From Candidatus Latescibacterota bacterium (GTDB taxonomy: Bacteria; Latescibacterota; UBA2968; UBA8231), in the NCBI GenBank assembly GCA_965242865.1, contig CBDETK010000013.1, positions 2,560,001 to 2,624,000 on the forward strand: a stretch of 64,000 nt of DNA. The letters run 5' to 3'. Numbering within the stretch: position 1 is the stretch's first letter; each line of letters starts with the position of its first letter. The notes below the pieces were generated by a model, which was not told where the DNA came from, did not search any database, and saw nothing but the letters and a program-made list of their open reading frames with translations. Shown in pieces: positions 1-9,042 of this stretch. A program made the position numbers and the translations under genes.

Positions 1-2
1 GC

Positions 3-353
3 GGCGGGGCCATTGGCATCACGGTCGGCGACCGAATCCTGATGCTGGAGCATGCGTGTTATTCGGTGATCGTGCCGGAGAGCTGCTCAACCATTCTGTT
101 CAAGGTGCGCGAGCGCCGCGAGGAGGCGGCCGAGGCCCTCAAGCTCACGGCCGCCGACTTGGCCAAGCAGGGAATCATCGACCGCATCGTGCCCGAGCCG
201 TTGGGCGGCGCCCATCGCGACTGGGACGGAGCGGCCGCCACCCTCAAGCGCTACGTGCAAGATGCCCTAGCCGAGCTACAGCCCCTCGCTTCAGAGGAAC
301 TGATAGCCCAGCGGCAGGACAAGTTCGCGGCGATGGCGCGGTTTGAGGGCTAG
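3..353 (+). CDS. accA: Acetyl-CoA carboxylase carboxyltransferase alpha subunit (3' part, truncated by window start)
   Basis: [28 protein letters not shown]...LKLTAADL...[16 protein letters not shown] is the AccA C-terminal signature. Confidence 0.93.
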   Translation, partial: GGAIGITVGDRILMLEHACYSVIVPESCSTILFKVRERREEAAEALKLTAADLAKQGIIDRIVPEPLGGAHRDWDGAAATLKRYVQDALAELQPLASEELIAQRQDKFAAMARFEG

Positions 354-363
354 GCGGCGGCGA

Positions 364-1188
364 TCAGGCGCGCCGCAGGCGGTCGAAGAGCCGCTCTAGG
401 CGGTCGAAGACGAGGCGGATCATGTCTTCGTCCCAGTCGCCGTCAATGTTGATCTGGAGCGTGGACTGGAGGGTCTCTAGATACGCTCGCTGCGTCTCGG
501 TTAGGGGGCGTTCCGGGCGTTCCGGGCGTTCCGGGCGTTCCGAGTTGGTGCGTTTGGCGCGGCCGTCGCGGCCGGGACGCTCCTTGGGGGCGGGCGCAGG
601 TTCTCGGGCGCTGCGATCGTCTTGGGGCGCGGCGGGGGCGGGGCGTTCGTTTTGCGGCTCGGCTTCGGCGGGTGCCGCTTCCCTTTGCGGGGCGTGGGGG
701 GTGCCGAAGTCGGCTTCGGCGATGAGATATTTGAAAAACATCTTCATCTTGTTGGCTGAATCGCGCCCCATGCCAGTGCGGGTGCGGAAGTAATCGACAA
801 TCGCCTCGTCGCTCATGGTGCCGCCGGTCTGTTCCCACTCCGGCAGCAGCTCCTTATAGAGGTCGCGGACCACTTCGGCAACCGCGAATCGGCGCGTCTC
901 CTGCGGGACGATCCGCAAGAGTAAGTCCGTGGGCTTTTGGTTGCGGTCGGTCAAGTTCATGGATTCGATGCCGCGCAAAAAGCGGTGAATCATCGACGGG
1001 GTGCGAATAATGGGCCGCACGTAGTCGCGGTTGATTTGGTCGGGGATTTTGTCCTCTAGCCGCGAGAGGAACCGCTCGAACTGCACCTTGGTAATGTAGG
1101 GAAACCAAGCCCGGTCCTGCCGGCCGCCGTTTTCCTCCGCGGCCTCTTCCACTGTCGTCTCAGCCGCGTCTTGGCGTACTTCTTCCAT
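364..1188 (-). CDS. Hypothetical protein, N-terminus DUF5343-like, Pro/Arg-rich linker
   Basis: Long ORF with GGAG RBS before ATG at 1188; FPYIT...IPDQINRDY...KPTDL pattern resembles DUF5343 (from memory). Confidence 0.55.
   Translation of the reverse strand: MEEVRQDAAETTVEEAAEENGGRQDRAWFPYITKVQFERFLSRLEDKIPDQINRDYVRPIIRTPSMIHRFLRGIESMNLTDRNQKPTDLLLRIVPQETRRFAVAEVVRDLYKELLPEWEQTGGTMSDEAIVDYFRTRTGMGRDSANKMKMFFKYLIAEADFGTPHAPQREAAPAEAEPQNERPAPAAPQDDRSAREPAPAPKERPGRDGRAKRTNSERPERPERPERPLTETQRAYLETLQSTLQINIDGDWDEDMIRLVFDRLERLFDRLRRA
506..541. repeat. 9-bp tandem repeat x4 (GGGCGTTCC) encoding ERP repeats
   Basis: Directly visible; in frame within the 364-1188 CDS. Confidence 0.9.
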
Positions 1189-1225
1189 TGTAGTCTCCAT
1201 TCGATAAGTTGATATGCCGCCGGGG

Positions 1226-1585
1226 TTAGGGCTGCGAGGCAAATTCGGCCGTCACAACGGCGGAGATGCCACCGCGCACGTTGAAGTCTCCCGCCACGGT
1301 CATGCGCCGCGGCGCACAGGCGGCCACCAAATCGTCGAGAATGGTGTTGGTGACCGCTTCGTAATACGCGCCCTCTTGGCGAAAGAACCACAGATAGAGC
1401 TTGAGCGATTTGAGCTCAATGCAATGCTGGTCGGGCACGTAGCAGATGTGAATGGTGCCGAAATCGGGTTGCCCGGTTACGGGACATATCGAAGTGAATT
1501 CCGGACACTCTAGCTCGATGGTGTAGTCGCGGTCCGGATGGGGATTGGCAAAAACCGCTAGGCTTTTGCTCGGCTCAGTAGCCAT
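1226..1585 (-). CDS. queF: NADPH-dependent preQ0 reductase QueF (type I)
   Basis: [23 protein letters not shown] and FNVRGGI motifs; AGGAG RBS. Confidence 0.96.
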   Translation of the reverse strand: MATEPSKSLAVFANPHPDRDYTIELECPEFTSICPVTGQPDFGTIHICYVPDQHCIELKSLKLYLWFFRQEGAYYEAVTNTILDDLVAACAPRRMTVAGDFNVRGGISAVVTAEFASQP

Positions 1586-1645
1586 GAAATTTAGTCTCCT
1601 AACTGCCTAAAGCACTTAGAAGATAAGGCCAAACGGGTGTTTTGG

Positions 1646-3229
1646 CTATGCTGCGACAAAGCGCTCGATGACGTTGGCGGTGATGCGCGACACGGTCTCA
1701 TCTACGAGAATCGAGGCTGGATAGGTGATGGAGCCCACGGAAAAAACCGCGCCGCCGCTCGCCGTTTCGTAGTACGTGATTTCCGCGCCGCCGCGGTCCG
1801 GGTTGAGGCCGCGGGCGACGATTTCGACGCCGGGGGGCGAAAAGGAGGAGGTCTTGTCGGTCTCGTGGCCGGAGGCGCCGCCGGGTATCCGCTCGTGCAA
1901 GCTGGCTGCGCCAAAGGCGTCGCCGGTTGTGACGCCCGTGCCGGCGAAAATCCAGTGGTCGGCGTCGAGGACTTGGTACGGCGCGGCCGTCATAATGCCC
2001 GGATGGGTAAAGACCACGCCGAGCAGATTGGCCTCGGACTCGTTGTACTGGTGAAAGCGGCTCTCGTAGCCTTTGGCCCGTTGGATGCGCGTGTCGCCGT
2101 TTTTGACCTTCATCGTCTGCTCGTCAATGAGCTCCACCTCGCAGTTGAGGCCGTTGCCGCCCAAGTACATGAGTTTGCCGCGGCGCTCGCGCACCCAGGC
2201 CTTGACCCCGTAGTACATCTGGCGCGACCAGTACTCGGGATGGGTGGTGATGATGAGGACTTTGTACTGGTCGAGGTCGAGCTGGCCAAAGTGCAACTGG
2301 GTCTCGGCGTACAGGTCGTAGGCAAGGCCCTCGCGCTCTAGCCAGCCGAGGAAGCGCCACTCGGCCGGGGCTACGTGACAGGCGGCGCGGCCCGCAATGG
2401 GGTCGGTGACCTCAACATCCGCGGGAATGTGGTTGATCGGCTCGGGCCGGTCAAAGGAGAGCGGGGCGTAGTCCTCGGCGTCGTAGTTGACGTGCTCGGG
2501 GTCGGTGTAGCGCTTCAGCTCTAGGCGGGCATTGATCGTCGGCGTGGGCGGGAAGCGGTCCGGGTGGATGTAGTTGGAGCGTCCGCCAAAATTGTTGTAC
2601 GCGTTCCAGTTGATGTTGGCGGCGAGGACCGCGATGTCCGCGCTGGGGGCGGCCGGAGCGACGATCCAAGGAAAGGAGAAGAACGCGCCGGACTCGCCTT
2701 GGGCGTGGAAGTAGTAAAGGCCAGAGCGTTCCGGCGCGGTCACGAACTGTTTGTGGGAGGGGCTAGTATAACCAAACTTGTTCCACGTCACCCCGGTCTG
2801 CACGTAGTCGCCGTCCGGGGTAATCTGCATAGTGGCGCACGGTCCGTGCTCGTCGAACCAGCCCAGCGGGCGGATGTGCTCTTTTTCCCAACCGTAGCGC
2901 CACAGGTCGAGGCGGTAGGCTTCGAGCGAGTGGACGCGAAACTCGGATTGTTCGCCCGCTTTGACCCACTTGGGCCAAGCGTAGCCGAGCAGCTGATGAG
3001 CGAGTAGGCGGAAGTGGTGGGGGCGGTCGGGGTGGATGTTGACCTGTACGCGCTTGGGGCCGAAGCCATCTTTTTGCAAGGTCGCGGTGTAGGGGCCGGG
3101 GGGGATGTCGGCAAAGACTTCGCCGGTGGCCCGCGAGCGAGTTTCGACGTGCAGGTTTTCGTTGGCGAGTTCAAGTTGCACATCGTGCAGGGCGATGTAG
3201 CGTTCGTCGCTGACGTAACCGACTAGCAT
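1646..3229 (-). CDS. N,N-dimethylformamidase beta-subunit family protein with N-terminal carboxypeptidase-regulatory-like domain
   Basis: SGLYYFH, WNAYNNFGG, LSFDRP, HPEYWS, YLGGNG, GASGHETDK and GGAVFSVGSI motifs; AAGGAG RBS. Confidence 0.82.
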   Translation of the reverse strand: MLVGYVSDERYIALHDVQLELANENLHVETRSRATGEVFADIPPGPYTATLQKDGFGPKRVQVNIHPDRPHHFRLLAHQLLGYAWPKWVKAGEQSEFRVHSLEAYRLDLWRYGWEKEHIRPLGWFDEHGPCATMQITPDGDYVQTGVTWNKFGYTSPSHKQFVTAPERSGLYYFHAQGESGAFFSFPWIVAPAAPSADIAVLAANINWNAYNNFGGRSNYIHPDRFPPTPTINARLELKRYTDPEHVNYDAEDYAPLSFDRPEPINHIPADVEVTDPIAGRAACHVAPAEWRFLGWLEREGLAYDLYAETQLHFGQLDLDQYKVLIITTHPEYWSRQMYYGVKAWVRERRGKLMYLGGNGLNCEVELIDEQTMKVKNGDTRIQRAKGYESRFHQYNESEANLLGVVFTHPGIMTAAPYQVLDADHWIFAGTGVTTGDAFGAASLHERIPGGASGHETDKTSSFSPPGVEIVARGLNPDRGGAEITYYETASGGAVFSVGSITYPASILVDETVSRITANVIERFVAA

Positions 3230-3274
3230 GGGTTAGCTCCTTAGGTAAGTGGGTATGAGGGAGCCGCACGGGGA

Positions 3275-3334
3275 CTGACCACTAATCACTGCAATCGGCG
3301 TAAGGCAAGGGGTCGTCGGTCCCGGCTCGGCGAA
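3275..3334. repeat. 60-bp direct repeat copy 1 (duplicate of the queC 3' end)
   Basis: 58/60 identical to 7203-7262. Confidence 0.95.
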
Positions 3335-3362
3335 TTTGGGCATTGAACGTTGGGCTTGGGTT

Positions 3363-3391
3363 TTGACAAAGCTACCATAATATGATAGTTT
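3363..3391 (+). promoter_or_regulatory. Sigma70-type promoter for the MTase
   Basis: TTGACA-17bp-TAGTTT with TG extension, followed by AAGGAG RBS at about 3405. Confidence 0.6.
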
Positions 3392-3411
3392 GTACTTAGA
3401 AAGCAAGGAGA

Positions 3412-6114
3412 ATGAAATCCATGAGTCAAAAATACAAGGCCGTTTACTTTCCTAATCTCCCGGCTCCCACCTCAAAGGAACGATCGTTGACCTTGGCATT
3501 TGGCAAAAAGACGCAGGAATTATACGAATGCGTCAAGGATCTTTCCAGTGCGGAACTGCGTCAGTTGTTGGGAGGCGATTATCGGGAACTCGTGGCGAAT
3601 GCGGAAGCAAGTGACTTGCCGTTAAACACGTATTGCCTGCGCCAGTTAAAGAAATCGATACATCTCGTGCGAGAACGCGCGGTCCAACTCTCGCTGCCGA
3701 CCATGGATGCCGACGCCAAATTATTCGATCCAGTAACTGTGACTTTCAAGGGCGGACGCCGAGAACCGTTTGCTCGCTGGTATCCGTACTTAGAAGGATA
3801 TTCGACGCAATTTGTGGCATCTATTTTGCAAAAATACGCCCCGAATGCCCAAGTAATTCTCGATCCCTTTGCTGGAACGGGAACCACGTTTTTTACCGCC
3901 GCCGAACTCGACAAAACAGCCTATTTTTGTGAGGTGAATCCGGTCTTGCAGTTTATCAGCATGACTAAAATCCGAGTCCGGCGGTTGAACTCGACGCGGC
4001 GATTGGCCTTGGTACGTGCGCTCGTGCAGGCAAAAGACGCGCTGCCGCACTTGGAAAAATTCTCGCGAAACCACGCGTTGCAGCAAACATACGCGCAGGT
4101 TTTTGGCGATAGTCTATTTTTTGCGGAGCGGATGTACGAGCAAGTTTTGTGCGCGAGATCGTGGGTTGATGAAGTTGCCCTTGAGGACCCGATGTTAGCG
4201 GATTTAATTGCGGTTGCGATTTTAGCGGCACTCGTCCCCGCATCTCAGATGAAACGAGCAGGCGACTTGCGTTATAAGACGCCTAGGGAACTTACGCGGC
4301 AAACGATTCCACTCGTCGAAGGTATCTACCGGAATATCGACCACATCGCGCACGATATCCGCGAGGATGTACGTGGCCTGCGAACGGAACCGCTGTTAAT
4401 CTGTGAAAATGCACACTCATTAGGTGAGGTGCCGCCGCTCGGTATCGATGCTGTTATAACTAGCCCGCCTTATGTGAACGGAACAAATTACTTTCGCAAC
4501 ACAAAAATAGAGTTGTGGTTCTTGCGTTGCTTAAAGGAAAAGCAGGATCTGGCGAGGTTTCGTGCAGCTTCTTTGACGGCTGGAATCAACGATGTCACCG
4601 TTGCAAAAGCCCCGGTTTCACTGCATCCAGACGTAGAGAAAGTTGTCGCCCGGCTCGCCCAGGAGGGTTACGACACGCGCATTCCTCGCATGATCGCCTG
4701 TTATTTTAGCGAGATGACTGGTGTTTTTCAGGCAATTCGCTCGCATTTAGCTCCAGAAGCGACAGTGGCGATTGATATTGGCGACTCGTGTTATGCCGGC
4801 ATCCACGTTCCCGCCGAGCAGTTGTTGTCCGCGTGTTTGCAAGACTTGGGCTTTGTGCAAACGGATGATGTGACCCTGCGACGCCGCAAATCGAGAGGAG
4901 GGATGCTGCTAAAACAGTCCCTGCTAGTCTTCAATTGTCACTCGCGACTAAGGAACTATAATATAAATATAAGAGCAAAAGAGCGGATTCCAGCTTGGCG
5001 CGACGAATGGGATCGCTGCAAGCAAAACCTGCCACATCAGCAAGCACCCTTTACAAGACGCAACTGGGGACACGCTTGGCATTCTCTGTGCTCGTATCCG
5101 GGGAAGCTAAAACCGGCTATCGCCCATCACTTGGTGCGGACATTTGTTCCGGTTGGAGGGCGCGTACTGGATCCTTTTGCAGGTGTTGGCACCATCCCAT
5201 TTGAAGCGGCGTTGGCCGACAAGCTAGCTTACGGTTTTGAGATCAGCCCGGCTGCTTTTGCTATTGCCAGCGCAAAGGTGCAATCTCCCTGCGAACAAGG
5301 TTGTGCGACAGTTTTAGAAACAGTGAAGAATTTTATTGCCGATAACATGGTTACTGAGCGGGAGACCGCCGAAGTCAAGCAGCTTGGATTCAATGGCAAA
5401 ATCGCCGACTATTACGAAGCGCGGACCTTGCGCGAAATCATTTTAGCTCGTCGCTATTTCCTCGCCCAGCCGCCGCGGACCCCCGCTGAGCACTTTGTGG
5501 TTGCCGCGCTACTACACATTTTGCACGGCAATCGCCCCTATGCTCTCAGTCGCCGCTCACATCCGCTGACGCCCTACAAGCCGACCGGTCCCTATGAGTA
5601 CCGAGGGCTAGTTGATCGCCTAGGTGCAAAGGTCCAGCGGAGTTTAAACGAAGAATTGCCCGCCGTCTTTCGATCCGGCAAGATATTTTTTCAAGATGCA
5701 GCGGGTTGGTGGCCTCAGGAGGTTGATCAGCTAGATGCCGTGATTACGTCGCCTCCTTTCTTCGACAGCACCCGCTTTTATCTCGCCAACTGGTTACGTT
5801 TGTGGTTTGCCGGTTGGTCAGCGCACGATTTTGCCACCTGCCCAGCCGTTTTTATTGACGAACAACAAAAGCGGAGTTTTGACGTATATATCCCGATTTT
5901 GCGGCAGGCAAGGGAGCGGCTTAAAACAAATGGCGTCTTCGTTTTGCACTTAGGCAAAAGCATTAAATGCGATATGGCAGCTCAGTTGTGTAAGCTCGGC
6001 AAACGATGGTTTCGCTCCGCAGATTTTTTCGACGAGAGTGTCGCGCACTGCGAATCGCATGGCATCCGCGACAAGGGGACGGTTACATCGCACCAGTATC
6101 TGGTTTTGTACTAG
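3412..6114 (+). CDS. Fused two-domain DNA amino-methyltransferase (N4-C/N6-A type)
   Basis: Two complete motif I/IV sets: DPFAGTGTT...TSPPY and DPFAGVGT...TSPPF. Confidence 0.88.
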   Translation: MKSMSQKYKAVYFPNLPAPTSKERSLTLAFGKKTQELYECVKDLSSAELRQLLGGDYRELVANAEASDLPLNTYCLRQLKKSIHLVRERAVQLSLPTMDADAKLFDPVTVTFKGGRREPFARWYPYLEGYSTQFVASILQKYAPNAQVILDPFAGTGTTFFTAAELDKTAYFCEVNPVLQFISMTKIRVRRLNSTRRLALVRALVQAKDALPHLEKFSRNHALQQTYAQVFGDSLFFAERMYEQVLCARSWVDEVALEDPMLADLIAVAILAALVPASQMKRAGDLRYKTPRELTRQTIPLVEGIYRNIDHIAHDIREDVRGLRTEPLLICENAHSLGEVPPLGIDAVITSPPYVNGTNYFRNTKIELWFLRCLKEKQDLARFRAASLTAGINDVTVAKAPVSLHPDVEKVVARLAQEGYDTRIPRMIACYFSEMTGVFQAIRSHLAPEATVAIDIGDSCYAGIHVPAEQLLSACLQDLGFVQTDDVTLRRRKSRGGMLLKQSLLVFNCHSRLRNYNINIRAKERIPAWRDEWDRCKQNLPHQQAPFTRRNWGHAWHSLCSYPGKLKPAIAHHLVRTFVPVGGRVLDPFAGVGTIPFEAALADKLAYGFEISPAAFAIASAKVQSPCEQGCATVLETVKNFIADNMVTERETAEVKQLGFNGKIADYYEARTLREIILARRYFLAQPPRTPAEHFVVAALLHILHGNRPYALSRRSHPLTPYKPTGPYEYRGLVDRLGAKVQRSLNEELPAVFRSGKIFFQDAAGWWPQEVDQLDAVITSPPFFDSTRFYLANWLRLWFAGWSAHDFATCPAVFIDEQQKRSFDVYIPILRQARERLKTNGVFVLHLGKSIKCDMAAQLCKLGKRWFRSADFFDESVAHCESHGIRDKGTVTSHQYLVLY

Positions 6115-7126
6115 TTCCTGCTTGCTGGAGGATCACTCGCTGGTATTCCTGATCGGCGCGGAGAATCCAATTGGGGGAAATGTTTTTGGAATGAGTAAAA
6201 AAATCAAAGCATTCGCGCTCCAAAATCCGATTGCGTAGCTTGATGATTTCCGGCATATAAGCTGAGTATTTGGTTAGCAGCATATCGACTTGTCTGGAGT
6301 TCTTGAGGCGTCTAATTGCTATAGGGTTATAATGGGCTGGCCCCGCTAGTATCTCGTACTGGATACCTGTCAGGATTGTGAGTTTTTTCAGTTCGTCGTC
6401 CGAGTAATAGATCGAAGGCCAGTGGCTCGATTTCTCGCTATTGTGTTTGCGACACAGCAGCGTCGCATTTTCAGTTGTTAGAGGCCATAAATAGACAATG
6501 GGCAATGTGTGGTCGAGAGGTCGTTCTATGTCATCGGCTCTTCGCAGGTCTTTTTGGCACTTGAAGCAGCGATAGTCAAATCGCGTATAAACTTCTTCGC
6601 TATTAATCGAGGTACTTGCAGATAGGTCTAGATACATTAGTCGTTTTTGAGCCGCTTCGCGGTGTTGATCCGGCAACCGGGTTTTGTTCTTGATAGAGTT
6701 GTAAATTTTTTTGCACAGCCGGCACTCGCCCTGACGCCCTGAGTTGCGAGATCGGTGGCGGTCAAACAAAGTGAGTGGTTTAATCGTATTACAGATAATA
6801 CAGTATTTGTATTTTTGCGCTTCTGCGATATAGTCGTCGTGCAGAATGGCAAATGCGCCTTGTTCGATGATAGAGTCGTCTCTCTGGTCTATCAGTTTGT
6901 ACTCGTAAAACTGAGTCTCGTCTCCTGCTCGCATAGCTTGCTTGCAGCTTGGGCAGACGAGTTCAAAGTCGTCGCCGAGCTCATCTTGGCGGACGAAGAT
7001 AAATTCCCGACAGGCACTATTCAGACACTGGAAACCCTTGAAGACAGTGTCGCCCATGCCGCGGACATGGGCCGCGCGAATTTGGTTCTCTTTTTTTACT
7101 TTTGTGTACGGCTTGCGTCTAGCCAT
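6083..7126 (-). CDS. Zinc-ribbon HNH endonuclease, probable restriction enzyme
   Basis: CLNSAC, CPSC, CIIC, CRLC, and CFKC...LDHTLP...ENATLLCRKHNSEK (HNH); GAGGA RBS before ATG 7126; convergent with the MTase. Confidence 0.8.
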   Translation of the reverse strand: MARRKPYTKVKKENQIRAAHVRGMGDTVFKGFQCLNSACREFIFVRQDELGDDFELVCPSCKQAMRAGDETQFYEYKLIDQRDDSIIEQGAFAILHDDYIAEAQKYKYCIICNTIKPLTLFDRHRSRNSGRQGECRLCKKIYNSIKNKTRLPDQHREAAQKRLMYLDLSASTSINSEEVYTRFDYRCFKCQKDLRRADDIERPLDHTLPIVYLWPLTTENATLLCRKHNSEKSSHWPSIYYSDDELKKLTILTGIQYEILAGPAHYNPIAIRRLKNSRQVDMLLTKYSAYMPEIIKLRNRILERECFDFFTHSKNISPNWILRADQEYQRVILQQAGTSTKPDTGAM

Positions 7127-7202
7127 GCCAGTTCCTCTTCTGTTTGGGAGGTCCGTCGATCGGCCCGTGTGGTATCTCTTGATAGGATCGGCGGTTGCCG
7201 AC

Positions 7203-7262
7203 CTGACCACTAATCACCGCAATCGGCGTAAGGCAAGGGGTCGTCGGCCCCGGCTCGGCGAA
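7203..7262. repeat. 60-bp direct repeat copy 2 (queC 3' end)
   Basis: 58/60 identical to 3275-3334; includes the queC stop codon. Confidence 0.95.
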
Positions 7263-7872
7263 AGCCGGCTCGGCGCACGAGGCAGCTCGCGCAACGGCCG
7301 CAGGCGAGGTCTTGGCGCTGGTAGCAGGACCAGGTCAGGTGCAGGGGGGCTGTGAGCGCTAGGCCGCGGCGGACGATGGCGGCTTTGTCCCAGTCGATGA
7401 GCGGGGTCTGGAGGCGCACTTGGGTTTGCGGGCCAGTACCAGCGGCGATCACGCGCTGGTACGCGATGAAAAATTCCCGGCGGCAGTCCGGGTACTGGCT
7501 CTCTGCTTGGTGAGCGCCGATGTAGATGTCGGCCGCGCCAATGACCTCGGCCCACGCCACGGCCACGCCGAGCAAGTTGGCGTTGCGGAAGGGGACATAG
7601 GTCGTGGGCAGGTCGGGCTCGTTTTCGGGTATGGGCTGGGTCGCATCGATCAAGCTGGAGCCGCCGATCTGGCGCATGTACTCGATATCGACCACGAGGC
7701 GGGTCGCGACCTGAAAGTGATCGGCGAGGGCGGAAAAGGCCGCAAATTCGCGGCCTTCCGTGCGCTGGCGATAGCGTGCGTGGAGAAAGGCCAGTGGCCC
7801 GCGGCGGGCGGCCATGGCCGCGGCCACGCAGGAGTCGAGCCCGCCGCTGACTAGCACGATTGCGAGACTCAA
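7210..7872 (-). CDS. queC: 7-cyano-7-deazaguanine synthase QueC
   Basis: SGGLDS, TYVPFRN, YPDCR and TWSCY...CGRCASC motifs; TTG start overlaps the upstream stop. Confidence 0.95.
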   Translation of the reverse strand: MSLAIVLVSGGLDSCVAAAMAARRGPLAFLHARYRQRTEGREFAAFSALADHFQVATRLVVDIEYMRQIGGSSLIDATQPIPENEPDLPTTYVPFRNANLLGVAVAWAEVIGAADIYIGAHQAESQYPDCRREFFIAYQRVIAAGTGPQTQVRLQTPLIDWDKAAIVRRGLALTAPLHLTWSCYQRQDLACGRCASCLVRRAGFRRAGADDPLPYADCGD

Positions 7873-9038
7873 AGCAAGAGAACGACTTCGTTTTGGATAG
7901 GGGTGGTAACTTCCGGGCCGGTCTCTGGATCCACGTACACATTGACTTCGAGCCGTACGCCAAACTCCGGCAGGTACGCACCCGGCTCTACGGAAAAGCC
8001 CGTGCCCGGTAGGATGGACCGCGCATCGCGGGTCTCCAAGTCGTCGAGGTTTGCGCCCAGCGCGTGGATGCTCGGCCCCGGGCCGAGGCTGTGCCCGGTG
8101 CGGTGGACGAACTGCTCGCCCAAGCCGTGCCCGGTCATAACTTGGCGCGCCACGCGGTCGAGCTGCCAGCCTTGCAGCTCGTCGCCCGCCCGCCACGCAG
8201 CCTTGAGCCGCGCCAGCACTTGATCGCGCGCTTGGCGCACTGCGGCAAAGACCGCGGCGTGAGCGGCTGGCACGTGTGCGCCGGCAAAGGCGACCCAAGT
8301 AATGTCGCCAAACACGTGCTGCTCGCCGGGGTGCCGCGCCCACAGGTCGATGAGAATCCAAGCACCCGGCCCAATGGCCGCGGCCGCGTTGGCTTGCGGC
8401 TCGTAGTGCGGGTTGCCGCTGTTGCGATTGACGCCGACGATCGGCGGATGCCCCATGTCGAGGCCGCGCCGCTCCAGCTCGGCGGCGATGAACGCCTGGA
8501 CGTCGAACTCGGTGAGGCCGGTGTGGAGCCGGTGGCGGATGTAATCAAAGGCCGCGTCCTTGACCTCGGCCACTTGGCGGCAGGCGTCGCGGTGCGAGGC
8601 GAGCGCGTCCGCGCTCCACGTGGCCAAGGCGACTTGGCACAGATTGGCCGAAGATACCACCTCGGGGCCGAGGGAGCGCACCAACTCTAAGGTTCCGCCA
8701 TCGACCCAAGACACCGTGGGCAACGCGCCCCCGGGCCAGTACTCCATGGCCACTTGCGCCAGCCCGCCCACGGCATCGCGCAACAGGGCATGGAGCTGTT
8801 CCCAGCTAGCGTACGGCGTGATCGCCACGCCCAGCCCGGCGAGGGCCTCCGGCTCAACCGCCGACCCGAGCAGGCGCGGTGCGCCGGCGGCCGGCACGAT
8901 GAGAAAGACCCGCCGGGTCGTCGACCGGCGCTGGCCCAAAAGCTGCCACAGGACCGGATTGCCGCCGCGAAAGTCGTACACCAGCCAAGCGCCGATCCCC
9001 TCCTGCTGCATGTAGGCTTGTATTTTTAGAATGTCCAT
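7869..9038 (-). CDS. M24 family (Xaa-Pro) metallopeptidase
   Basis: NPHYEP, LIDLWA, GDITW, HRTGHSLG, FSVEPGAY and GVRLE metal-binding motifs. Confidence 0.88.
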   Translation of the reverse strand: MDILKIQAYMQQEGIGAWLVYDFRGGNPVLWQLLGQRRSTTRRVFLIVPAAGAPRLLGSAVEPEALAGLGVAITPYASWEQLHALLRDAVGGLAQVAMEYWPGGALPTVSWVDGGTLELVRSLGPEVVSSANLCQVALATWSADALASHRDACRQVAEVKDAAFDYIRHRLHTGLTEFDVQAFIAAELERRGLDMGHPPIVGVNRNSGNPHYEPQANAAAAIGPGAWILIDLWARHPGEQHVFGDITWVAFAGAHVPAAHAAVFAAVRQARDQVLARLKAAWRAGDELQGWQLDRVARQVMTGHGLGEQFVHRTGHSLGPGPSIHALGANLDDLETRDARSILPGTGFSVEPGAYLPEFGVRLEVNVYVDPETGPEVTTPIQNEVVLLL

Positions 9039-9042
9039 GAGC

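Larger units (their letters stand above)
3275..7262. mobile_element. Restriction-modification cassette inserted with a long target duplication
   Basis: Lower-GC two-gene block between the 60-bp direct repeats; no recombinase inside. Confidence 0.8.

Noticed and set aside
1586-1645. preQ1 riboswitch upstream of queF
   Set aside because: Only a short GCCAAA/TTTGGC hairpin is present; there is no preQ1-I stem-loop with an A-rich tail.
1226-7872. Dpd-type 7-deazaguanine DNA modification system (que genes next to a nuclease and MTase)
   Set aside because: No dpdA/tgt-like transglycosylase or dpdB-K genes are visible, and the R-M pair is a separate insert bounded by repeats.
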